From Podarcis erhardii (lineage: Eukaryota): 64,000 nt of DNA. The position numbers and the translations under genes are program-made. Within the stretch, counting starts at the first letter, position 1; every line of letters starts with the position of its first letter. Below the pieces are notes generated by a model that saw only the letters and a program-made list of their open reading frames with translations, had not been told where the DNA came from and searched no databases. Where the stretch lies: the NCBI GenBank assembly GCA_964252035.1, contig OZ176207.1. The stretch is one strand, 5' to 3'. Below are positions 36,613-46,772 of this stretch, one piece after another.

Positions 36613-37415
36613 CCCCGCCGCTCCCTGAATGTTGTTGAGTATTGTTGTCCCCAAGAACATCAAGATGCATCTCCATGCCAATCATAAATGAATAATAATT
36701 TAATTTAGAGTTTAGGCTACCAGATGGAGTCAGGCTATGGATGGATAATAATGTAAGGAGGAATCTAATTGCCACAAATTTGAACAAACTCTACATCAGT
36801 TGCATTTGCCTCTGCATTTAAACTGAAATTGATTTATAATCTTTCTTAAAATTACCGTCAATGCCATGGAGATTTGCATGCTGATTATTTGCATATTTTT
36901 TTGATATGTAAAAAGATTAACCCTTTTTGGTGATTGGTGAGAAAGGATATAAGTTCCCGGCAGTTCTCTAGTTCTTGAGCTTTTAAATTATCTTAAGGGA
37001 TATATTAATACTGAAGCTGTAGAAGTAGTTACTAATTTGTTAACAAAGGCTTCAATAACCGTAGCTACTTACTTCAGGAGGAGGAAATATATGCCCCCAT
37101 TTTCTGATTGGTTTTATTAGTAGTAGGCTGTAATGTTTACACAAAGGTTGGTACCCAACTAAGGTTGCAATCCTAACCCTCTTGCCTGGGAATAAGCCCC
37201 AATGAACTGATTAGAACTTATTTCTGAATAGACATGGTTAGGAATACATAGAATGGTGGATGCCTATCATGAATGACTTATTGGCCACCATAAACAACAC
37301 AGGCCAAATTCCCTCTGGATGGAAAATGAGTCTGATTTTTCTGATTTTCAAGAAAGGAGGTAGGAATGATCCACAAAACTATCGGCCAGTTAGTTTGTTG
37401 GACATTTCCTCAAAG

Positions 37416-37567
37416 CAATAATAATGATAATATTATAATAATTTATTATTTGTACCCCAGCCACTCTGGGTGGCTTCCAATGAAACACTAAAATACAATA
37501 ACCTATTAAACATTAAAAGCTTCCCTAAACAGGGCTGCCTTCAGATGTCTTCTAAAAGTTTGGTAGT
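37416..37567 (-). mobile_element. L2 3' end inserted in the RTEX-like LINE
   Basis: Same terminus as 8912-9020 (ccactctgggtggcttccaa...cagggctgccttcagatgtcttctaa). Confidence 0.75.
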
Positions 37568-38564
37568 TATGCATGGTATAACATATGCATGGGATCTCTT
37601 TCAAAAATTATTAGACTGTTTGAAAAGTAACAGCATTATTCATGAAGATCAAGTGGAGTTCAGAGGGTGACAGTACCATTGATCAATGCTTTGCACTGAA
37701 CCATATTATAAGAAAATATAGTAAAAACATTAAGAATAATCTTTATGTAGCCTTTATAGATATTTCTGCTACATTTGACAATTAATCAAAATAGACTATG
37801 GGAGAAATTTCAGATTGTCAATATCAACTGCAGACTTCTGCTATTGAGCCAAGAACTGTACAGAAACACAGAAATGAGGGTCAAAGTAGGTTTAAATGGT
37901 GGTAGGGCTGATGCTTTTAAAATGTTGTGAGGAGTGAAGCAAGGTTGCATTCTGGCTCCCACCCTTTTTAGCTTTTATATTAATGATTTGGTGCCATATT
38001 TAGCTAACGCAAACTCCTTCTCTCCAGCAATTAGGAACAGAAAGATCTCAATCTTGATGTATGCAGATGATTTTGTGCTCCTCTCTCTTTCTCGGTTGAG
38101 CCTCAAAAATATCTTGGAGGTGTTCAGCACATACTGTAAACAGGAAAGCCTACCTTTAAATTACTCCAAGATCAAGACTGTGATTTTGGCAGACACAGTC
38201 GTAGGTATAGATGGTGCTGTGATCAGCAAGCTATGAAACAAACTCGCTCATTTAGATACCTGGGTGTACTCTGAAATGAAACCCTGTGTTGGTAGTGTCA
38301 TATGGAGACAGTGGATGTAAAGGCTCAGAAAACCATAGGGGCACTGATGAAGTTCTAAGGGGGGGGGGCAGCTGATAGAACCTGCCCTAAAGATATTTGA
38401 TAGCTTACCTAAATGCTCTATGGCAGAGGTCAGCAAACTTTTTCAGCAGGGGGCCAGTCCACTGTCCCTCAGACCTTGGTGGGGGACTGGACTATATTTT
38501 TTTTGGGGGGGGGGATGAACGAATTCCTATGCCCCACAAATAACCCAGCGATGCATTTTAAATA

Positions 38565-40220
38565 CGATACGATACGATATCTTTATTGTCATTGTCCCTT
38601 GCGGAACAATGAAATTGAAAAACTACATAAAACTACATAAAAACTACATAAAACTACCACAAAACTACATAAAACTACATAAAAACTACATAAAACTACA
38701 TAAAACATTCAAAAACCCCTACAAAACTCTAAAACCCCATTTTAAAATACACTATACTACAGAGACCCCTTATGCTGCGTTTAGAACCAGAATTGCATTA
38801 GCATAGAAACTGTTTTTCAGGCGGCGAGTCCTGGCCTTTATAACCCTATACCTTCTTCCAGAAGGCAGAAGCTGAAAGAGATCATTTCCTGGGTGCGTAC
38901 TATCATGTGCTATCTCTGCCGCTTTCTTATGACACCTGGCAGCATAGATTTGATCTAAAGTGGGAAGAGTGCACCCAATAATTCTCTCTGCAGTCTTTAC
39001 AACCCTGGATAGCATTGTTTTTTCCCTGGCCATGCAGCTCCCAAACCACACGCACAGACCATAAGTTAGTACGCTCTCCACAGCGCAATGGTAGAATGCC
39101 ATCAACAGGTCCTTTGAGAGATTGTTTTTCCGGAGGATTCTCAGAAAATATAACCTCTGCTGTGCTCTCTTCACCAGGTCTTTGCTGTTCTCTCCCCAGG
39201 TTAGGTCGTCTCTCAACTCCATTCCCAGAAATCGAAACACTGAGACCTGTTCCACGCACTTCCCCTCAATAATAAGTGGCTGAATATTCAATTTACATTT
39301 CCTAAAGTCCACAATGATCTCTTTTGTTTTCTTTAAGTTAAGCAGTAAGTTGTTTTTCCTGCACCACTCCCCCAACTGCTCAACTTCCTTCCTACAGGCC
39401 GTCTCCCCCTCTCCAGCTGTAATTAAACCAACCACCGTTGTATCATCTGCGAACTTAATGATCTTATTACTGGGGTATTTGGGGGCACAGTCAGCTGTAT
39501 AGAGCGTGTATAAAAGCGGGCTCAACACACACCCCTGTATGCGTGATGAGATCCGCAGAGACGTGGGAACCCAACCTGACCCTTTGGGAACAGTTTGATA
39601 GAAAGTCTAATATCCACCTGCACAAACATGGTGGAAGTCCCAGGTCTAATAGTTCGGGCACCAGTCTATACGGAAGAATAGTATTAAATGCAGAACTAAA
39701 GTCTACAAATAACAGTCTCGTGTAGTTCCCTTGCTTCTCCAAATGAGTCAGGACAGCATGTAAAGCCATTGCCACAGCATCCTCTGTGGATCTCTTTGCC
39801 TTGTACGCAAACTGGTAAGGGTCAAGTCCCACTGGCAGACAAGATAAGATGCGCTTCCTCACCAGTTTTTCGAAACATTTCATTATAATGGGTGTCAGCG
39901 CCACAGGGCGAAAATCATTCAGACTGTCTATCTTTGATGTTTTTGGCAGGGGTATAGTGGTAGCAGGGGTATAATGGTAGCAGATTTCAGACAGGGTGGA
40001 ACAGTGGCTTGGGCCAGAGACTGGTTAAAAATTTTCGTAAAGATTCCTGCCAGTTGGTCCGAACAATCTCTTAGCACCCTGCCAGCCACCCCATCCGGGC
40101 CCATAGCCTTCCTCGTGTTTACCTCCTTTAATATTCGCCTCACTTCTCCCTCTTCCACCCTGGCAGCATTTCCTGTAGGTAGTGACACCAATAGCTCTGG
40201 CATCCCTGTTGGAGTCAGGG
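38565..40220 (-). mobile_element. Rex1/Babar-clade LINE, 5'-truncated, two frameshifts
   Basis: ORFs 39928..40248, 39491..39904 and 38770..39528 give KAMGPDGV, RPVALT..IMKCFEKLV, LLFVDFSSAFNTI, VLSPLLY, KFADDTTVVGLI and QQRLYFLR; (TATCG)n tail at 38565-38579. Confidence 0.9.
38619..38705. repeat. 10-bp minisatellite (aaaactacat), about 8-9 copies, in the Rex1/Babar 3' UTR
   Basis: Directly visible. Confidence 0.9.
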
Positions 40221-40869
40221 ATAAAAACACATACTCATGTAAAAACACATTGATTCCTGGACTGTCCGCGGGCTGGATTTAGAAGGCAATTGGGCCGGAT
40301 CCGGCCCCAGGGCCTTAGTTTGCCTACCCCTGCTCTATGGTGCTGAAAATTGGGGCTCTGATTCAAACTGCATTAAAGTTTTGGTAACTGCAAATCCCCC
40401 CCCCCCATAAGCTGTACTTGCTACCACCAGGAATGTCAGCCGCTCTTCTTTGTACAGAATCCAGGTGGCCAACAATTAAGGCAAGAGTGGACTGCATTCA
40501 ATTAAAGTATTTATTTTAAAAAATTGCTGCTGTGCCTATTGAGCAGTTTCCTGCTCTGGGCTATCTGGAATTGGATGGTACCCAACTCTGGAAAGCAGCT
40601 TGTCAAGATATTTTAGACTATTATTACATTCCAGAACGGAGCTCTGCTTTGACCTTGAATAAGTGTCAACTAAGGGATTGACACTCTTGGGCAAAATCCA
40701 GAAGGGATCTGCAACTAATTAGAAACACCAACTTTCCCCCTTGGTATCCACTCTTGAGAAAAAGAGCATTTTAGAGCTAGTTATCTGACCAAACTCTCAC
40801 CAGCTTCCTTAAGAAATACCTTTATTGCCCACTGCAGTCTTGGACGGTCACTACAACTAGGTCCCATAC

Positions 40870-41120
40870 CTAGTTGAGAGCCAGTGTGGTGTAGTGGTTA
40901 AGAGCAGTGGACTCGTAATCTGGTGAACCGGGTTCGATTCCCCGCTCCTCCACCTGCAGCTGCTGGGTGACCTTGGGCCAGTCACACTTCTCTGAAGTCT
41001 CTCAGCCCCACTCACCTCACAGAGTGTTTGTTGTGGGGGAGGAAGGGAAAGGAGAATGTTAGCTGCTTTGAGACTTCTTCGGGTAGTGATAAAGCGGGAT
41101 ATCAAATCCAAACTCTTCTT
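40870..41120 (+). mobile_element. tRNA-derived CORE SINE (Squam3-like)
   Basis: A box tggtgtagtgg, B box ggttcgattcc, CORE-like gtgaccttgggccagtcac, (CTT)n tail, 6-bp TSD ccatac (40864-40869 / 41121-41126). Confidence 0.85.
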
Positions 41121-41736
41121 CCATACACAGACAAACTTTGTATTTGTGGTCAGCCTCAGGTGGAATACATCACTCATTATCTGTTAGCCTGCCTCTTATA
41201 TAGAGATTGCTTTCTGAAACCTTTGTTCACACAAGCAATCAGGTACACCCCAGCAGAAATGGTCCAGTTTCACTTGAGCGACAATAATAGTTTTGTAAAC
41301 ACAGAGAGTTGCCCTCTATGCACTGGCTGCAAAAAAAATTTAATCTAAAATTATTGTGGTGATTTGGATGTTTAATTCTAAATCAAGCTGGATTTGAGTT
41401 TGCTGGTGTCTCTGGAAACCTCTCACATCATGGATGTTGACTCCTATTTGGGTGTACAATCTGTATTTTATTGGTATTGCTGCTGTAGGTTTGTTATGGC
41501 CTTTGGCTGGAACATCAAACTTGTATTGAAAAAGAAATAGACATGCTTAAGATTGCATTGGAAATTGTATTCCGATAAGAGCCATGAAGTCCATAAACTT
41601 ATGTTCCAGTTGAGTCTAACTGAAGTCTGTTTATATCAGTGAGTTTACTCAAAGTATGACTTGGTCAGATACAATGCATAGTGTATTCTGTTTCTGGAAA
41701 TGTGGGTAATTTTTTTAAGATTTTGGGAAGATGTAA

Positions 41737-42087
41737 GGGACGCGGGTGGCGCTGTGGGTTAAACCACAGAGCCTAGGACTTGCCGATCAGAAGGTCGGCG
41801 GTTCGAATCCCTGCGACGGGGTGAGCTCCCGTTGCTTGATCCCTGCTCCTGCCAACCTAGCAATTCAAAAGCACATCAAAGTGCAAGTAGATAAATAGAT
41901 ACTGCTCCAGCGGGAAGGTAAACAGCATTTTCGTGCACTGCTCTGGTTCGCCAAAAGTGGCTTAGTCATGCTGGCCACATGACCTAGAAGCTGTACGCCG
42001 GCTCCCTCGGCCAGTAAAGCGAGATGAGCACCGCAACCCCAGAGTCGGTCACGACTGGACCTAATGGTCAGGGGTCCCTTTACCTTT
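41737..42087 (+). mobile_element. Sauria SINE, near full length
   Basis: gggacgcgggtggcgctgtgggttaaacc head, B box ggttcgaatcc, acctttacctt tail; CpGs largely retained. Confidence 0.95.
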
Positions 42088-43949
42088 AAGATCCTTTTTA
42101 TTATGTTATTTAATCTGAGGAGCGCTTGCACTATTTTATGATTATATCAGATGTGTTTTGTCTCTTTTTCTTTCGCTTTATTTCAGTACTGCTTTATTCA
42201 TGTATAACTGTTTGCTATGTGGTTTGAATGTCTTTTGTTCTTTTTATCTGTCTGTATGATTATATGAAATAAACATGAAAGTAAATTTGAAAGGCAAGTG
42301 TAGCCATGTTAGTTCATAGGAAAATTTACAAAAACCACAGTTGGGAAATATCTTTATTAGAACCAACCAGAATGTCACAAAATAGTAAGAAGGCTTTCAG
42401 GTTTTGTAGAACTCTCATGAGGCTGGAGATTAAGCAAAATGGGGAGAGTGGTGGATCTGGCTTGGTACTCAAGCCATGAAGCCTTCAGACAGAGTGTAGG
42501 GAGAGTTGGCAGACATCTGATGCCTCAAGTGAGTGGTAGAATGCCTGAAAATGTCATGCTATTTGGATTGAAAACACTGAAGTTACAGGCATCAGAAGAC
42601 TGGCAAGTTCCACACCAGTTATGGAAATGAATGAAAAGCAAATGGATGAATAACGAAACAAAAATGTTAATAATTAAAGTGGATGCAGTAACTCTTATTT
42701 GTAAGTCCCAGCTCTAATTATGGGAATTGGAATCTGGGATCACTACCTGTGAACCTGAAGGTGCTTCCACGGTGAGTGTATGGGGGCTGCTTCCAAATCT
42801 GTGTTTATTTCTTGTTTGCATGGAGATAATAACAGGAAGGCCCTCAAAATAGTTTTTAAAAATGTTTATTCAGTTTTTGAAAATAAATGCATTAAACAAA
42901 TTGTGTCATAACCTTGAACTAAATTACATAATCCATTATTGTCAATCTAAGGACACACACTTAATTTTGCCTTTTCTGGGCGGGGACTGTATATTCATTT
43001 CAACATTTATTTTCTATTTCTTCCAAAATTCCGCATCTGTGGAAGCAGTCTGAAAACTGCAGGTAGCTTTGAGAGTAGTTTGGGATCCCTCCAACTTTAT
43101 TCCGGCAAATATTTATTGTTGTAGGATTTGGTACCATTCCTTTCTGTATGACACAGGTGTCAATTATTGCAGGCATGGTACAGATGAAAAAGCCTAGGCA
43201 ACTATTTGCTGTGCTAACCAATTAATGCATTAAAGGCTGCTAACACTGTCTGACACTTTAAGGATTACAGACACCCTCAAGTGAAGTGAAACCATCTGCT
43301 GTATTGTTCCACAAGATGGTGTTTTCCAACCTCGGTGGGAGCAAAGTTTGCACAAGCAAATAAAGTTTAATAAACTAAAAATATGCTTCCCTTTCCTGAG
43401 CTTAATTTCGCATCTTTCAAAGCTGTCCCTGTTCTGGTATTCAGGCAGCACAAATGTGCTTTCAGCATGAAAGAAAGGTTGGGGTTTTTAAGGGGGTTGT
43501 TCCTCAATTTTTCAGCAGTGCCGGGGATGGAAAAATCCGTCTGTGCCCACTCTCTTGAAGTGCATTGCTGCAATCTAGAGTGCAAATGAATTCTGTAACC
43601 TACTTGAGGTCCATGCGTCCTCTTTTTGAGGGTTGTGAGCCCAAGTCTGGTTTGAAGAACCATAAAGAGGAGAGCCATGAAGTTGCCCATCAAGAGTTGC
43701 ACCTGTTCAGCAGAGTGAGCAGGCACACAGGTCACTTGGTGCCTTCCCTACTATGGTGAGATGCATTTCTACTTAAAATATAGTCATGATCTCTGAATAT
43801 GCATCTATGCATATAAATTACCATTGGCAGATTGAGATTTTCCTTTGTCTTTTTTAATGTGATGCAAATCCACTCTTTTAACGATGCATAGCTGGCCACC
43901 CTTCAGAGAAGTGCTAAGCAGTAAAACAGCCCCCTCTCCCTTCCAACCT

Positions 43950-44290
43950 AATAGCATGGGAAATGCCTGCTGGATCAGGCCAGTGGCCCATCTAGTCCAA
44001 CATCCTGTTCTCACAGAGGCCAACACGACGCCTATGAGAAACCCTCAAGCACGATGTGAGCACAAGAACACACACCCCTCTGGTGGTTTCTGGTAACTGG
44101 TATTCAGAAGTATTCTGACCATAGCCTTATCCTCCATTAACTTGTCTGGTCCTCTTCTAAAGCCATCCAAGTTGACGGCCATCACTGTCTCCTGGGGGAG
44201 TGAGAGCCATAGTTTAACTATGTACTGTGTGAATAAGTGTGTTCGATCTGTCCTGAATCTTTCAACTTCTCTTCTCCAAACTGCTTTCTC
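43950..44290 (-). mobile_element. CR1 3' fragment
   Basis: gcctgctggatcaggccagtggcccatctagtccaacatcctgttctcacag; same family as 49300-49690. Confidence 0.65.
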
Positions 44291-46593
44291 AAATACAAAC
44301 AGCCACCAGGGTTTGTTTCGCTTGCATTTACCTGCAACATGTATTTAGTCTCTAAATAATGACTGTATGAGATTAGATCTTAAATTACAAGAAGATGGAG
44401 TCCGAGTAGAGCTCTTTATTTACCCAGCAATACCATATGTTTGTGTATAATTCATACCTACTTATTATTCCATGTCACTCAAGATGTTTATAAGTGCCTT
44501 GCTTCGGTTTTTAAACATTGTTTATCACAGAGTTAATGACCATCTTTCCGTATCATAATAGTGTCTTATGACTGCAATTCATTCAGCTGACATTAATTAC
44601 TAAAATGCTGGATTGACTTTTTGGATTTATTTATTTATTTCAGGCAGTTCGGATTCTTCCTGCTCTCATGTTGGCATCGAGTCGTATTTCAGCAGCACTG
44701 AACTTTGCAGATGGAGATCCCCTCTGCTAGGGATGGCTGGATCTGTTGACTTGAGTTCCCTGGGTTTCTCACTTTTCTAGGCTTAAATTCAACTCTCCAC
44801 ATTTCTACAGCAATTTGCTTTTAAAAGAAGAAAAAAAGAATCCTCATGAAAATTCATCAGGCATTTTTGTGCTGATTTTTCCTAACAAACACATTTATTA
44901 TATGGAACTTTGCCTAATGTACACATTTTTACAAGCAATTTGCTCTAATTTTGATGCACACTTCACCTTACTTTATGCATTTTTGTACACATTACTTGGT
45001 TGGAGAACGACATTGCAAAATTTGGAGAGGTGTAAATTTCAAATGATGGCTGTGTTTCAGTTTGTGTATTATTTCAGAAAGTGCAGATTTGGTAAACTTC
45101 ACCTTTAAATGTGAACTTAATTGAATCCCCCCCCCCTTTACAAGTACCTTTCACAGCAGGAGTACTGTTGCCTTCATAAATGTCTCGTGCTGGCCTTAGC
45201 ATATGAAACATGAAAGAGATTGTTGAACAGACTCTTGGGGTGGGGTATTGTTACGGGGTTGTTGTTGTTGTCATTTTGTATCTTCTTGTATCTTGTTTGA
45301 TCTGTGTGGAAATGGTTGAATTTGGTTGTGTACTGTAAGCCACCTTGAACATGGTTTTGGCCATGGAAAGCATACAAATAAAAGTATGTACAGTATATAT
45401 GTATGTATGTACGTACATACATACATACGTATGTACCATTCTACCACGTAGCTCTCCCTTCATTTACATGCCACAGAAGCCAAAGACAGTTCAAGAAGCT
45501 AGATGGACAGTTGCATGATATGCAAACACTGTGGACATTGGCCTTTACACATACAGAACTTGAACTCACATGGAGCAACTGTATAAGCAGAAGCAGCCAT
45601 GTTTGTAAAGGAAGTTTATTTTGTGGAAGTGTCGATGTTAGCATGCACTGGAAGTGCAATGCTTTTGTGAAGGTTGCAACTTTGCAATCTGTAGTTTCTA
45701 ATTCTGGAGGACTGAAAACAAGTGCTCTGGTCCACACTTTTGCACTACCGACAAATTCTAGATGAATATTAACATTTACACAGTAGTTTGACATTCCATG
45801 CCAAATAGTGGCACCTGGATTTTGTTTGTGATTTGTCCTTTTCCCATTTAGTTGGGAGCATCGTTGCTTATCTGCTCCCATCATAGTTCCGTTTTGACAC
45901 AAAGGAGGATTGCAGAGAAATGGAGAATTGCACCGAATTTCCAGACAACTGCACAACTCCCACAGACTTTGGGCTCTCAAATTTTAGTGGCTCCCTGTGT
46001 GACACTAAAATGTGATGCCCCTGTCTTGCATGTTCCATTCTAGGATTGTTGTGGCACCCCCTGCAGTGTGGCACCAAGTGCTGCCAAACCAGTCGCACTA
46101 CCCTAAAACTGCCTGTGTGTGTTGGAATAGATTAAAAAATGGCAGGACAGGAAAACGAGAGAGTTCAGAAGATAGTGGCAGATGTGGTAGGGCAGAGCCA
46201 TGGAGACCCCCCCTCCTGTCTCTGGTAGGGCAAGGTGGAGGTATTGTTTGGACTGGGAAGATGCAGAGGTGCAGCTAATCTGGCATCCCAGCCAATGAGT
46301 CCACAGTGCCTTGATCTCACCATCAACTTGAGCTGCCCAGCCACCTCCGGGTAACCTGCAGTGACAATGATGTCGAGAGTGTGCTAGCATGCAGGAGCAG
46401 TAACAATTGGGCAGTCCATTTCCATCTACTGTATGTGTTCATCTTAGAGGTTTTGTAGAAGGTGAGTTCAGTGAAAGGGTGAGTGCTCTGCATGCAAAGG
46501 GTCCCAGGTTTAGGACCCAGTATCTCCAGGGAGGGCTGAGATAAACTTTTGTTTGAAACCCTGGAGAGCCATTGGCAGTCAGTGTAGAACAAG

Positions 46594-46772
46594 TTACAGA
46601 TAGGTAGCCGTGTTGGTCTGCCATAGTCAAAACAAAACAAATTCCTTCCAGTAGCACCTTAAAGACCAACTAAGTCAGTTCTTGGTATGAGCTTTCGTGT
46701 GCATGCACACTTCTTCAGATACACTTCTTCTTCATACCAAGAACTGACTTAGTTGGTCTTTAAGGTGCTACT
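46594..46772 (-). mobile_element. Penelope-like element pLTR fragment with inverted segment
   Basis: 13-bp TSD agtgtagaacaag (46581-46593 / 46773-46785); gtagccgtgttggtctg...gtagcaccttaaagaccaac...gagctttcgtg resembles sauropsid PLE termini; perfect 41-bp inverted repeat. Confidence 0.8.
46685..46722 (-). ncRNA. Minimal type I hammerhead ribozyme motif
   Basis: Minus strand reads GUAU-CUGAAGA-A-GUGUGCAUGCACAC-GAAA-GCU-C-AUAC: stem I GUAU/AUAC, core CUGANGA, stem II, GAAA, palindromic AGCU stem III, UC cleavage motif. Confidence 0.75.

Larger units (their letters stand above)
38424..40332. mobile_element. hAT MITE (1712-1998 family) split by a Rex1/Babar LINE
   Basis: Left arm 38424-38564, right arm 40221-40332; 8-bp TSD CTCTATGG (38416-38423 / 40333-40340). 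Confidence 0.9.
37250..41530 (+). mobile_element. Old RTEX-like LINE interrupted by four younger insertions
   Basis: RT motifs appear in order across the gaps: IFKKGGRNDPQNYRPVSLL (about 37340), YVAFID (about 37745), KQGCILAPTLFSFYIND and MYADD (37934-38060), MLYG|AENWG split at 38423/40333, and PTAVLDGHY..PY|TDKLCICG..HYLLAC split by the SINE at 40870-41120. Confidence 0.75.

Noticed and set aside
38619-38705. CRISPR-like or coding repeat (ORF 38609..38806)
   Set aside because: Head-to-tail 10-bp units without spacers in a LINE 3' UTR of a eukaryote.
40876-40950. tRNA gene
   Set aside because: A and B boxes are present but there is no acceptor stem, and it continues into a CORE SINE body with a tail and TSD. 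The same applies to 15412, 27478 and 41737.
45441-45980. 179-aa minus-strand ORF and overlapping 120-aa plus-strand ORF
   Set aside because: No recognisable domain, Cys/Leu-rich random-like composition, no convincing splice sites; consistent with chance open frames.
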